Shown here piece after piece: positions 1 to 10,599 of a stretch of DNA of 32,000 bases; position 1 is the first letter of the stretch; every line of letters begins with the position of its first letter. The translations under genes and the position numbers were made by a program. This stretch comes from a cyanobacterium endosymbiont of Epithemia turgida isolate EtSB Lake Yunoko (lineage in GTDB: Bacteria > Cyanobacteriota > Cyanobacteriia > Cyanobacteriales > Microcystaceae), in contig NZ_AP012549.1 of NCBI RefSeq assembly GCF_000829235.1, positions 360,001 through 392,000 of the forward strand, in the 5' to 3' direction. The notes under the pieces are model-generated. The model searched no databases. It was given only the letters and a program-made list of their open reading frames with translations, and was not told where the DNA came from.

Positions 1-189
1 TATTAAAAAACAAAAACATTGAGGATATAGAGTTTAATTTTAAATCTAAAATGACACAGATTTAGACTTCAAAAGTTTTACTACGATATTACTACTACAA
101 AAATACGAGATAGAACGCAAATTGTCACAAAAATCTATAGTCTTAAACTAAGATTTTTGACATCAGCCTTTATAATAAGAACATCTTAG

Positions 190-612
190 TCTATTGTCTG
201 ATGATACGTTCAACTGGTATCCTAAGACGTTCTCTTTTAGACAATTTAAGGACAAGAACGTAAAAACAAGTGTCTTTTCGACTGATTTTAGGTGGTGTGA
301 GATGTTAGAACGTTTGCTATTAGCTAGCACAGTAACGTGTTTGTTATACTTTTCCGCTCAAGTAGGTCGATCTTCGCTAAATCCAACACAGACTAATCAG
401 CCCTTTGGGTATATAAAGTTTGAGAGCTCTTCCCTGCCGACCTCTCGAAGAGTGTGGTCCGCTTTTGCAGCCTCCAAGCCAGATTCTGTCTTTGGTTAAG
501 CTATTAGCTTAGATCATTGTTTAATTCATTATAAGAGCTGGTGGGGGGAGAACTTCACTAGTCGAGTCTAAGTGTAGTTGATCTTTGAGAAACATCTCCT
601 CTCACCAAAATG
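190..612 (-). pseudogene. 5'-truncated remnant of a MalK/UgpC/GgtA-type ABC-transporter ATPase; only the C-terminal part survives
   Basis: Minus-strand reading gives MFLKDQLHLDSTSEVLPPPAL (cf. remembered ABC-ATPase block vm.dG.i.QvGtP.EvY.rPan). Across stops and frameshifts it continues with LVCVGFSEDRPT (cf. lGiRPEhl of the MalK regulatory domain) and HVTVLANSKRSNISHHLKSVEKTLVFTF. The Walker A, LSGGQ and Walker B region is absent because the glpD stop codon (623) abuts the remnant. Boundaries are approximate. Confidence 0.4.
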
Positions 613-622
613 TTAGTGTTGA

Positions 623-2308
623 CTACCAAGATTTCTTTAAAGAAGTAAAATCAGGAATACAATTATTTTGTATATAGTCAATGTATCTCTCTTTTTCTTG
701 ACGACATTTATCTTCGTCCCAACTACAATGTCGACTCAGAGTCTCTATAAGACTTGGCAGTAAATCGATTCCATAATCAGAGTGTATAGCAAGAGTAGTA
801 CGACGACGCATAATATCTACTAAAGTGTAAGCTAGTTCATGACGAACTGCATAAACAATTTGGGCTTTGATATCGGGAAGTTCAGGAACAATAACTGCTG
901 CCAAATCCGGTTCTGAGTCTGTTAACGCTAAAATATCTAGTGTTTTTGCTCCATACATGGATAACAAATGATCGATGGTCTGGTTCGAAACGCGATCATG
1001 ATATTCCGTTAAAACTTTTTGTACACGGAAATCACTCGGTAGAATCGAGCCTGGAAGAGGTTTATCTTCTGTCGGACAAGGGGGGACAGGTTTTCCTTGT
1101 CGCTTAAAGACCATATCGACTACTTCTTCGCCCACTTGGCGATAAGTGGTTAATTTTCCTCCAATTAAAGAAATTAGGTTAGTTACTCCTTCTTTAGTGT
1201 GATCAAAGAAGATGTGTTTGCGGGTAATACTCCCTGTGTTTTTACCTTCAACATTAGGAAGAGGACGTACTCCTGAATAAGTAAACTGTATGTCTTTACG
1301 CGAAAGTCGAGCGTTGGGAATAATATTATTAGTTTCCCTCAATAAATAGTCAATTTCATCATTGTCGGCTTTGAGTTGCTCTAGACTCCCTTTAAATGGT
1401 TGGTCAGTAGTTCCAATTAAATACATCCCGTCCCAAGGTACAATAAAGAAGGGACGACCATCAGATTTAGCCTCTACATAAAGACTGGTATTGAGTGCCC
1501 CAACAAAGGGTTTAACTACAATATGACTACCTTTTGTTCCACCAATTTTCTTTGTTTTACCAATGGGGGCCTCTCTGCTATCTTTCATCCCCAACCGACA
1601 GATATGATCAACCCAAGGGCCTACCATGTTAATCACTATCGATTTGTCATGTCCATTAACGATAAATTCCTGGTCTGTCCAATAGTCTTTACAGGTCAGA
1701 GATGTAATTCTATTGCCCTGACGGTGTAAGTGAATCACTTCAACGTAACTAAAAACCGTCGCTCCGGCCGCTTTTGCCGAGAGAATATTTTCTAAACACA
1801 ATCTTTCTGCATAAGTTACTTGAGCGTCATAATATTGAGCTCCTCCAGCTAACCCATCTGGATCGATAGAGGGAAAAAGTTGTTTAAATTGGGCAGAAGG
1901 TAACATTCGATGAGAAGGAACTGTTTTATCCGCACTTAAAATATCATAAAGTATCATTCCCGCCCAAATTTTCCAATAAGGACGAGAGCGATCACGGTAA
2001 ATGGGAATGGTTAACAATAAAGGTTTAACTAGATGAGGGGCAGTACGAAGGAGAATTTCTCGTTCTCTTAGGGATTCTCGCACTAGGGAGAATTCCAAGT
2101 ATTCTAGGTAGCGCAACCCTCCGTGAATCAAACGGGTTGACCAGCTAGAGGCTCCACAAGCAAAATCCCCTTTCTCTATGAGAATTGTTTTTAATCCTCG
2201 TAAAGCAGCATCTCGAGCTACACCGGCACCATTGACACCGCCACCGATGATAATCAGGTCGTAAGTTGTTTGTTGAATTTCATTAAAATCTCGCATGATC
2301 ATCATCAC
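623..2308 (-). CDS. glpD: FAD-dependent glycerol-3-phosphate dehydrogenase
   Basis: 561-aa uninterrupted ORF. The N-terminal dinucleotide-binding motif is YDLIIIGGGVNGAGVARDAALRGLK, and length and overall sequence are typical of cyanobacterial GlpD. Four ATGs lie at 2296-2308, so the exact start is uncertain. Confidence 0.9.
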   Translation of the reverse strand: MMMIMRDFNEIQQTTYDLIIIGGGVNGAGVARDAALRGLKTILIEKGDFACGASSWSTRLIHGGLRYLEYLEFSLVRESLREREILLRTAPHLVKPLLLTIPIYRDRSRPYWKIWAGMILYDILSADKTVPSHRMLPSAQFKQLFPSIDPDGLAGGAQYYDAQVTYAERLCLENILSAKAAGATVFSYVEVIHLHRQGNRITSLTCKDYWTDQEFIVNGHDKSIVINMVGPWVDHICRLGMKDSREAPIGKTKKIGGTKGSHIVVKPFVGALNTSLYVEAKSDGRPFFIVPWDGMYLIGTTDQPFKGSLEQLKADNDEIDYLLRETNNIIPNARLSRKDIQFTYSGVRPLPNVEGKNTGSITRKHIFFDHTKEGVTNLISLIGGKLTTYRQVGEEVVDMVFKRQGKPVPPCPTEDKPLPGSILPSDFRVQKVLTEYHDRVSNQTIDHLLSMYGAKTLDILALTDSEPDLAAVIVPELPDIKAQIVYAVRHELAYTLVDIMRRRTTLAIHSDYGIDLLPSLIETLSRHCSWDEDKCRQEKERYIDYIQNNCIPDFTSLKKSW

Positions 2309-2467
2309 TTTATTTTTAAATTCTTCAATAACAATTCCTAGTTTTATTAGCTACTAACAACTCTTTTTTTATGTCCTTTGAGAAAGAGAAGAGAACTAAA
2401 AATAGATAAAAGACTTTCTAGATTAAACCAGGTTGCTTTTTGTCGGTTACCCTTAACTCAATAGGGG

Positions 2468-3961
2468 CTATCGGTCTAAGACAGTTTCGTGTTTTATTTC
2501 CTTAAATAACTTAAAGAGACGATTTGCCCAATAGCTGACATCATAGGTTGTCACAGTTTTATACATTTCAGTCATACGTTTCTTTTGGTCTTCAAGGGGC
2601 ATAGCTAAAGCTTCTTCTATTGCTTGGTCCATACGATCAATTGAATATGGGTTGGTTAAAATCGCTTGAGGAAGTTCAATAGCAGCTCCAACAAACTCGG
2701 AGAGAATTAAAACCCCATCTTTACCTTCATGAGCGACAATATATTCCTTAGCCACTAAGTTTAAGCCATCTCGTAAAGGAGTAGTCCAGCAAATATCGGC
2801 GACGCGATAGTAACAGAATAGATCTTCTAAAGGCAGAGGTTGAGTAAACAGTTGAATGGGAGTCCAATCAAACTTAGCATATTGTCCATTAATTTTTCCC
2901 ACTAGCTGTTCAATCTGCTTTTGAGCCGTTTCATACACTCGCATTCCGGTAGCAGGTTGTACACAGGTCATAACGAGGTTAATTTTACCATGTAAGTCAG
3001 GACGGCGTTCTAATAAACGACCAAAGGCTTCTAATGTCTCACTATTTCCTTTAACGTAGTCTACCCGACCAGCAGCAACTAATAGTTTGCGTCCTTGGAG
3101 TTCTTCTCTAATTTGCTCAAGTCTAATTTTAATTTCTGGTTTATTAAGGACTTCAAGAATATTTTTAGGGTTGGTCCCTACTGGAAAAGCATCAATATTA
3201 ATAATTTGTTCTTTATGGGAAAGCTTTGTAGTTCGTTCAGGTTCAGCTAGAGCAATTCCTACCGAAGTCATGTGTCCAGCAACTTTTTCTCTCTGGACAA
3301 TTTTTACTTCTCGCAAACTGCGAGCCACATTCACAAAGTTCTCTGAATACCGAGGAATATGAAACCCAACCACATCACAGCATAGCAAACTATCCAAAAT
3401 AGCTTCGCGCCAAGGCAGAATGTTAAATATATCTGCCGGTGGAAAAGGTGTATGGTGGAAAAATGCAATGCGGACATTCGGCATTTTCTGACGAATATAA
3501 TAGGGAACTAACCAAAGATTGTAGTCATGAACCCAAACTAAGGCATCATCGGCCGCTTCTTTACAGGCAGCATCTGCAAAGAGACGATTAATTTCTGTAA
3601 AATTATCCCAATCTGATGACTCACTTGTAAAATGCGAAGGGAAGGAATGGAGAATTGGCCAAAAGGCTTCTTTTGAGGTAATGTGGTAGAAATGCTTAAC
3701 TTGATTAGCGTCTAGGGGGATACGATGGACAGTGTAACTTGCATCCTCTTTTACAGTAACCTGTTCGGTGAACGTAGCTTTTTGTTCATTACTAACCTGC
3801 TTCCATGCAATCCAAGTTCCTTGACCGACATCAGTAAAAAAACTTTTTAGAGTTGGGACAATTCCATTAGGACTTTTCTTTGGTCGGTAGTGAATTTTTC
3901 CATTTTCTACTACTTCATCGTAGGGTTCCCGGTGGTACAGAATAACAAGAGATGATTTCAT
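2468..3961 (-). CDS. ggpS: glucosylglycerol-phosphate synthase (compatible-solute synthesis)
   Basis: 497-aa ORF. The N-terminus MKSSLVILYHREPYDEVVENGKIHYRPKKSPNGIVPTLKSFF and blocks such as WVHDYNLWLVPYYIRQ, FFHHTPFPPADIFNILPWREAI and LRDGLNLVAKEY are nearly colinear with Synechocystis GgpS (about 499 aa) as I remember it. Confidence 0.93.
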   Translation of the reverse strand: MKSSLVILYHREPYDEVVENGKIHYRPKKSPNGIVPTLKSFFTDVGQGTWIAWKQVSNEQKATFTEQVTVKEDASYTVHRIPLDANQVKHFYHITSKEAFWPILHSFPSHFTSESSDWDNFTEINRLFADAACKEAADDALVWVHDYNLWLVPYYIRQKMPNVRIAFFHHTPFPPADIFNILPWREAILDSLLCCDVVGFHIPRYSENFVNVARSLREVKIVQREKVAGHMTSVGIALAEPERTTKLSHKEQIINIDAFPVGTNPKNILEVLNKPEIKIRLEQIREELQGRKLLVAAGRVDYVKGNSETLEAFGRLLERRPDLHGKINLVMTCVQPATGMRVYETAQKQIEQLVGKINGQYAKFDWTPIQLFTQPLPLEDLFCYYRVADICWTTPLRDGLNLVAKEYIVAHEGKDGVLILSEFVGAAIELPQAILTNPYSIDRMDQAIEEALAMPLEDQKKRMTEMYKTVTTYDVSYWANRLFKLFKEIKHETVLDR

Positions 3962-4486
3962 ACTTTTCTTTGCTGGCTAGTGTTTGTCGCGAGTTGTTGA
4001 CTATCTAAACTCCCAACAAATACTCTATGAACTTTTGAGCGAGTATTTTGGCAGCTTATTAGTTAATTGTTCACATATTCGCATACATTTAGGCTAAAAC
4101 TCATTGCTTGGTTCTACTCTCGTCACTATGAATTCCTGACGAAGGAAGAGTGTGGCTTTGATTAACTCAATCCATTTGTCTAGTCTAGGATTTTTCTTGT
4201 CTTCATCCTCATAGTGAATCAGAAGAATAACCCTTCTGTACCTAACTTTCTCATTTGTTTTGCATGGATTTATATTAGGTACTTTAACATAAATTTACAG
4301 TGTTGGGCATGAAATATTGAGGTATGAATTAGGGGTGTTTTATATTATGAGACAAGGAATAATACTTAACAAAGTCTAAAAAATTAATAAGATTATAAAA
4401 AATTCCTGTATTATCTGGATAACTAAACTAGATTAAAACTCTCAAACAAAGTTATCTTGACGTCAGCTATCATAGGGTGGAACATT

Positions 4487-4804
4487 ATGGTGATTAAAAA
4501 GCAATTTTCTAGTTTTAAAACCCTGTTAGCCACTTCCAAAGTTCCTGTGTTGGTTGATTTTTATGCAACTTGGTGCGGTCCCTGTCAAATGATGGGTCCC
4601 ATCTTAGAACAGGTCGGGGCTAATATGAGTGGCCGTCTACAGATTATTAAGATTGATAGTGATAAATATCCTGGAATATCATCTCAATATGGAGTCCAAG
4701 CTTTACCGACTTTAGTTTTATTCAAAAAGGGCAAACCGGTTGAACGTATTGAAGGGGTAGTTCAAGCGTCTCAACTAATTCAACACTTACAAATTCTCAT
4801 ATAA
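4487..4804 (+). CDS. thioredoxin
   Basis: The WCGPC active site sits in VLVDFYATWCGPCQMMGPIL, with the thioredoxin fold signature ALPTLVLFKKGKPV. The ATG at 4487 (MVIKKQF...) is preferred over the TTG at 4457 used by the ORF track. Confidence 0.9.
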   Translation: MVIKKQFSSFKTLLATSKVPVLVDFYATWCGPCQMMGPILEQVGANMSGRLQIIKIDSDKYPGISSQYGVQALPTLVLFKKGKPVERIEGVVQASQLIQHLQILI

Positions 4805-4857
4805 ATTGTTGATGATGAATTGATGATCACCTAATCGCTGTTCACCTTTAATTGTAA

Positions 4858-6291
4858 CTAGGTTATGGACCCAATTAAAAAATTAATTTGGTCGCGTTCA
4901 GCCTTACTTAGTTCAGGAGATTTACCCATAACTGACTTATATATTTTGACATATTCGGCGGCAGATTTATACCAGCTAAAGTTCTGGGACATACATCGTC
5001 GTTGAAGTTTTTGCCAATCTTGTTTAAAGCGAAACCCCTCCCAAGCTCGTATCATACAGGTTAAAAAATCTAACGACTCATAGCGATCAAAACAATATCC
5101 GGTTCCCGTATTATTGGCGGGATCATAGAAGGATATTGTATCCACTAGCCCCCCAGTACGGCGAACAATGGGAACACAGCCATAACGCATGGCTAACAAT
5201 TGACTGATGCCACAAGGTTCAAAACGAGAGGGCATTAAAAAAACATCTGAACCAGCATAAACTCGTCGGGAAAGAGCATCATTGTAGAGAAATTGCACCG
5301 ACATTCTACCTCGAAAACGGGAAGCAATTTGCCATAATTGGGTTTCATAATAGCAGTCTCCAGTCCCAACAATGACTAATTGAGCATCGGTATAAGCCAT
5401 AAACTGATCTATAATTTGCATCAAGAGGTCAATGCCTTTTTGTTCGACTAGACGAGTTACCATCCCCATCAATAAGATATGTTTATTCACCTCTAATTCT
5501 GTCTCTTCTTGTAACCCAATCTTATTAGCTTCTCGCATTTCCAGAGTGTTTTTTGTGAAGGTTTGATATAGATATTTGTCAGTAGTTGGATTGTAATCTT
5601 CCATATCAATACCGTTGAGAATTCCTACTACATTCTTATGAATGTGAGAAAGCAAACCTTCTAACTTTTCTCCATACTCCACCGTTTGAATCTGCCGAGC
5701 ATAAGTAGGAGAAACGGTAGTAACTCGTTCGGCAAATTGCAGGGCTGAAGCCATAACATTATCCCCTTGCATATACCAAGGACACCATGTTACTTGTTCT
5801 AAATAGCCACGCCATGGTCCTTGATAAGCCAAATTATGAATAGTAAAAACTGTATGAATATCAGGAGACTGCTTCATCCAAACAGGGATCATTCCTGTAT
5901 GCCAGTCATGACAGTGAATAATGTTTGGTTTCCAGACATTCCAAGCAAATTCAGCCGCCCCATTTGCAAAAAGAGTAAACCGCCAAAATTCATCTTCCCC
6001 ACGATAAATACGACGGGGGGAAAAAGCCGGATGGCCAAATAGATAGACTGAAATATCACTATTTGGCAAGGTAGTCTCATAGACAACAAAATTTTGAAAC
6101 ATGGCAAACCCTTGCCAAATAGGAATCGGAGAAATTCCTATTTGGTCAGTCAAAAAGCCATAATAAGGCATGAAAATCCGTACATCATATCCTAATTTAC
6201 GTAAAATTTTTGGTAAAGCACCGACTACATCCCCCATACCTCCAGCTTTTGCGAGTGGTGCGACTTCTGCCGCAACAAATAAAATCCGCAT
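4858..6291 (-). CDS. glgA: glycogen synthase (ADP-glucose type)
   Basis: 477-aa ORF. The N-terminus MRILFVAAEVAPLAKAGGMGDVVGALPK carries the KxGG motif, and the C-terminal block is MPSRFEPCGISQLLAMRYG. No lesions seen. Confidence 0.93.
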   Translation of the reverse strand: MRILFVAAEVAPLAKAGGMGDVVGALPKILRKLGYDVRIFMPYYGFLTDQIGISPIPIWQGFAMFQNFVVYETTLPNSDISVYLFGHPAFSPRRIYRGEDEFWRFTLFANGAAEFAWNVWKPNIIHCHDWHTGMIPVWMKQSPDIHTVFTIHNLAYQGPWRGYLEQVTWCPWYMQGDNVMASALQFAERVTTVSPTYARQIQTVEYGEKLEGLLSHIHKNVVGILNGIDMEDYNPTTDKYLYQTFTKNTLEMREANKIGLQEETELEVNKHILLMGMVTRLVEQKGIDLLMQIIDQFMAYTDAQLVIVGTGDCYYETQLWQIASRFRGRMSVQFLYNDALSRRVYAGSDVFLMPSRFEPCGISQLLAMRYGCVPIVRRTGGLVDTISFYDPANNTGTGYCFDRYESLDFLTCMIRAWEGFRFKQDWQKLQRRCMSQNFSWYKSAAEYVKIYKSVMGKSPELSKAERDQINFLIGSIT

Positions 6292-6521
6292 CTTTGCTCC
6301 GTGTGTATTGGCGTTAATTCTCTGACTGATTATACGAGAGTTGATCCCTCTTAAGATAGTTAAATTTTGAATGGTAGAAATTAACTATTTACTGTTTATT
6401 CTTGAGAAGACATAAAGTTCAATATTTAAAAGTGTTTTATCGGCATAAAATTTACTAAAAAATAAGTTAACTTCAGTTTTTTTATTTGAAGTTAATCTTG
6501 TTAAGATTGATGTACTTTTAA

Positions 6522-6593
6522 ATAAATGCAAGTTATTTTTATTGTTAATTTAATAAAATGTTATTTTTTGTACAAAAAATAACTTGCATTTAT
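6522..6593. repeat. perfect 19-bp inverted repeat arms separated by 34 bp
   Basis: ATAAATGCAAGTTATTTTT (6522-6540) is the exact reverse complement of AAAAATAACTTGCATTTAT (6575-6593). Confidence 0.9.
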
Positions 6594-6831
6594 GTCTTAT
6601 TTATTCCACTTGTTAATTTTTTAAACCATTACTTAAGCTGAATTTTGTTAATTTTTATCGTTTAAATATAAGTTTAAAACCCATTAACATTAATATTTTT
6701 ATTATTATTTTTGATGAAATACATATTTTAAAAAGTGAGGTTTCTATTTATCCTATAAAATATAATTGAAAAAAAATAATATTTTTATATTTTTCTTTAG
6801 GCGAGTATCTTATAGACTAATCTGATCTAGG

Positions 6832-6865
6832 TAATGTTATTTAAATTGATATTTAAATAACATTA
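6832..6865. repeat. perfect hairpin with a 15-bp stem and 4-nt loop
   Basis: TAATGTTATTTAAAT / tgat / ATTTAAATAACATTA. Confidence 0.9.
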
Positions 6866-6913
6866 AGTTTTGTATTTTATATTAATTTAATAGATTTATT
6901 TTGCTGCTATATA

Positions 6914-6964
6914 CTTATTGTATTTATATATAAAATACAAACTTTTATATATAAATACAATAAG
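6914..6964. repeat. perfect hairpin with a 22-bp stem and 7-nt loop
   Basis: CTTATTGTATTTATATATAAAA / tacaaac / TTTTATATATAAATACAATAAG, with arms at 6914-6935 and 6943-6964. Confidence 0.92.
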
Positions 6965-7556
6965 ATTTAAAAAATATAAAAACTACTTATATTTATATGA
7001 TAAATATTTATTAAAAGTTATTTAAAACAGTACCTCTATTTTAAATAAAATTAAAGGATATGTATTTTTTATATTACAATAGTTATTATTTAATAATATA
7101 AATTATTGAACTAAATAAACAATTAATTTTGATATAAAATTTAAAAAACTAATTGAGCAATTTATTAAATATTAAAAATAAACTTATATAAAACTTCCAT
7201 AAAATCACTGATTATATTCTTTATTAATCTAATTTTTGGTTAAGACAGGCATTTTTACCATAAAATATAGTACGATAATACTTTTGATTCAACGAGAGTG
7301 AATTTTCTCTTGGTGTAGTTAAATTTTAAGAGTATCAGGATTAAAATACTGAAAGATTGACAGAATCATGTCATACTTGTTACATTATTTTGTCATGTAT
7401 TCATAATTTCATATAATATGAAATATATGTTGTATTATACATTGAGATCAAATTACCCAATTTTTATATACTAGACTAGTAAGCTTACTGTCTATCTTGA
7501 TGACTATTTCAATTTCAAACTATTTTAATCTTAAATTATTAGAGGTAAAATCCGTA

Positions 7557-8786
7557 ATGAAAAACGATACGCTTAACCTCGATTATTCGCACCCCAGTAA
7601 ATCCCAACGTCCTATATTAGCAACTTACTTAACTTATGCTTCCTTAGTACTATTAGGAATCGGAATAGGAGTTGGGGGAGTTTTTGTTATTAGTAAATCT
7701 AAACTTTTGATAAAACCCACTGAACCTTTAGAAAAATCCCAGGTTACTGAATCTTCAAAACAATTTCTTTCTTTTCAAGATAACGGAAGTTTTGTCATTG
7801 ATGTTGTTAAAAAAGTAGGACCTGCTGTTGTTCGTATTGATGCTTCTAGAACAATTACAAATAAAGTTCCTCCAGTTTTTGATGATCCATTTTTTCGCCG
7901 CTTTTTTAGCTCTGAAATTCCTGGAGTTCCTCAGGAACAAATTGAACGAGGAACAGGGTCGGGATTTATTTTAAGTAGAGATGGAAAAATTCTTACTAAT
8001 GCCCATGTTGTCGCCGGAACAAAAGAAGTAACTGTTACTTTAAAAGATGGCCGTACGTTTGAAGGAAAAGTGCTAGGAACTGATTCCCTAACAGATGTGG
8101 CTGTCATTAAAATTGAGGCTAATGATTTACCTAAGGTACAACAGGGTAATTCTGATAATCTTCGGGTAGGAGAATGGGCGATTGCCATTGGTAATCCTCT
8201 AGGATTAGATAACACAGTTACAACAGGAATTATTAGTGCGACAAAGAGGTTAAGTTCTCAGGTTGGAGTCGGTGATAAACGAATCGAATTTATCCAAACC
8301 GATGCGGCAATTAATCCTGGTAATTCAGGAGGTCCTTTACTCAATTCTGATGGACAAGTTATCGGAATGAATACTGCTATTATTCAAAATGCTCAAGGAA
8401 TTGGGTTTGCAATTCCCATCAATAAAGCCGAAAGAATTGCTAATAAATTAATTGAAGATGGGAAGGTAGAACACCCATTTTTAGGAATCCAAATGGTAGA
8501 AATTACTCCTGAAATTAAAAAGAAGCTACAGGAAAGTCAAAGACTGAATTTAACAACAGAGCAAGGGGTATTAATTGTTAAAGTCATGCCGGACTCTCCT
8601 GCTGAACAAGCTGGATTAAAAGAGGGAGATATTCTTCAAAGAATTGGCGAAAGACTCCTAAATAATCCAGGAGAAGTGCAAAAATCTGTGGAAACAACTC
8701 AAATTGGTGAAATATTAGATTTACAGATTGAGCGAGATGGAAGCCCTATAAATTTAAGTGTTAAAGTGGGAGTGTTACCTAATTAG
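7557..8786 (+). CDS. Deg/HtrA-family periplasmic serine protease (trypsin-like domain plus one PDZ domain)
   Basis: It has an N-terminal membrane anchor (ILATYLTYASLVLLGIGIGVGGVFVI). The catalytic triad contexts are LTNAHVV, DVAVIKI and GNSGGPLL, and a C-terminal PDZ-like block is VMPDSPAEQAGLKEGDIL. I cannot tell which of the HhoA/HhoB/HtrA paralogues it is. The ORF is open from 7497; the ATG at 7557 follows an AGAGG and is my preferred start. Confidence 0.88.
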   Translation: MKNDTLNLDYSHPSKSQRPILATYLTYASLVLLGIGIGVGGVFVISKSKLLIKPTEPLEKSQVTESSKQFLSFQDNGSFVIDVVKKVGPAVVRIDASRTITNKVPPVFDDPFFRRFFSSEIPGVPQEQIERGTGSGFILSRDGKILTNAHVVAGTKEVTVTLKDGRTFEGKVLGTDSLTDVAVIKIEANDLPKVQQGNSDNLRVGEWAIAIGNPLGLDNTVTTGIISATKRLSSQVGVGDKRIEFIQTDAAINPGNSGGPLLNSDGQVIGMNTAIIQNAQGIGFAIPINKAERIANKLIEDGKVEHPFLGIQMVEITPEIKKKLQESQRLNLTTEQGVLIVKVMPDSPAEQAGLKEGDILQRIGERLLNNPGEVQKSVETTQIGEILDLQIERDGSPINLSVKVGVLPN

Positions 8787-10599
8787 TTAATTGTAAATAG
8801 TGATTTTTTTATTATTGACTAATTTTTTAGATTATTCTGACTTAAAAAACATTGCTAGTTGTTAAGTTTTTTAAAATAAAGACTCACATAGTTTTTTACA
8901 TAAAAAATATCATTAGTAGGGTTAGCTTTTTTTCAGGAGAAACTTATTCTTTCTGTCTTTGATAACTTTTTAAGACTCGTCTTCGTCTTTTATTTCATAT
9001 AATTATTCATAGCCCAATTAATCTGACTTTAGGAATTGTTCTGTGTTTAAGATTATTATTTTTCGGTTGGCAAATCAATCAAACAGCAATAGTAAATTTG
9101 ATTACTTACATAAATGTGGTTTTAGCTAATTGGCCCGGTTGCTTAGAAATTTAAGATTATTTTATATTTAGATTAATGTTTTTAGTCAAATTTTTATTAA
9201 AAATTATTTTATTGATTTTAGCATGATTTATTTTAGCTTAATTTGGGGTCATTTTAAGTACCTTTTGGTATGGAAAGCTTTAAAATAAATTAGACAAATT
9301 AAAGAGAGTAACAATAGATATTGTATTAGAATAATTTTAAATATTTAGCGAGCAATTAGAAGCACAAAAATAAGTGTCAGTTATTTTTATTAAATTTTAT
9401 TTCCATTGTAGTAATTTTATTGTCTAATGTAGTAAAAATTACTGTAAATATAATAATTATTTGTCTTAATTTTTAAAATTTAATCTGAGAAAGATGGTAG
9501 CTATAGTTTCGTTATAAATTATTTGTAAAAGTTTACCAAGAAGTGCAGGGTTTACTTGAGTTAATTTTTTATTAATTAGTATTCCTTTAGCGAATTTTTT
9601 GATTATTTCTTTTTCTGTTAGCGAGGGTACTTTATTTCTCTGTGATTATATTCTACTAACCGGACAATTACCTAATAGTAATTAACCTAACAATGTTTTT
9701 CTTGACAGGTTTTATCTTGCGCAAATTATTACGTTTCAAAACTAGGTACTCACTAAGATTCATGTTAAGATTTAAAACTTATGAAAAATAATAATTATCT
9801 ATATAATTAGATTTTATATTTTATGTATAAACTATTATATTTGATACAATCTAATGTTTTTATTTCATGTGTACAGTGTAATATGTTTAAACTAAGTTAA
9901 TAAATAACATTCTAAATTTAGATATTATAAGAATAATTTTATCTATCAGAAAATAGATCTTATGGTAAAGATTTGTATTTATTATAGACAATTAATAAAA
10001 AAATATAACAACAATACATGAATTTTTCTAGTTTTTTTAATTTTCAAAAAAAGTCGTTTACATTGAAATTAATTCTTCTTAAATAAGAGCTAATTTATAT
10101 ATAAAAAAATATTTATAACACAAATAGTAAAAAAGATTTTGAATAGTGAGATTAATAATGAAGCCCATAGAATAGGAACAGTGCTTAAAAATTTAAGTAA
10201 ATAATTATAAAAAAAATTAAATTTTTAAATATATATAACTAATATTAATTTTTTTCTAAAAATATAAAAATATTAATATTAAAATTAAGCCATGTAATGC
10301 CAATTATAGACATATATTATTTTATATGTCTATTGATCTTTTCAGAAGAGTTAATATAGCTATTTTTAAAATATTTTTTATTGTTTCAGGTTTTATTTTT
10401 GATTTTCAGTGACTACCTTCTATCTTCTAATAAATTAGATCTAAGTTCACTGGTAAATGCCTAATTCCTAAATATTAGATATCTTATCAAAAAGTTTATT
10501 TTTTATTAAAAATTAGTTAAACTAGGCGCGATTATATTTAAGTTAAGTCACTAAATTGCAGACAACTTATCTACAACAAGTAAAAAGTTTTAATGAGTT

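Noticed and set aside
194-499. 101-aa + strand ORF from the track (MSDDTFNWYPKTF...)
   Set aside because: It has no recognisable family. It lies antisense to a region that reads much better on the minus strand as the C-terminal part of a MalK-type ABC ATPase, so it is probably a chance ORF on the opposite strand of a ghost.
290-610. GC-richer island considered as an RNA gene (RNase P RNA, tmRNA, SRP or 6S RNA). ACAGAATCTGGCTTGG on the minus strand vaguely recalls the RNase P ACAGAAcCCGGCUUA motif, and GAGGTCGGCAGGGAAGAGC vaguely recalls the SRP domain IV motif.
   Set aside because: The partner motifs are absent: no GGAAAGUCCGGGCUCC, no tRNA-like acceptor/T-arm and no tag ORF. There is not enough room before glpD for an RNase P RNA. 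The protein-coding ghost explains the composition.
1523-1729. Track ORFs antisense within intact genes: 1523-1729, 3087-3362, 5821-6042, 5889-6107, 7755-7940, 7931-8215, 16671-16874, 17526-17879, 18415-18774, 18844-19065, 23158-23358 and 31487-31684
   Set aside because: Each is fully embedded in, or largely overlaps, a strongly supported conserved CDS on the opposite strand or in another frame, and each has low-complexity, non-conserved sequence.
6292-7496. AT deserts (6292-7496, 9150-10550, 21800-22830, 26330-27377 and 29200-30540) as a replication origin, prophage or genomic island
   Set aside because: I found no DnaA-box clusters (TTATCCACA/TTTTCCACA) and no integrase, transposase, phage or tRNA landmarks. 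Extreme AT drift of long-dead genes is the simpler explanation.
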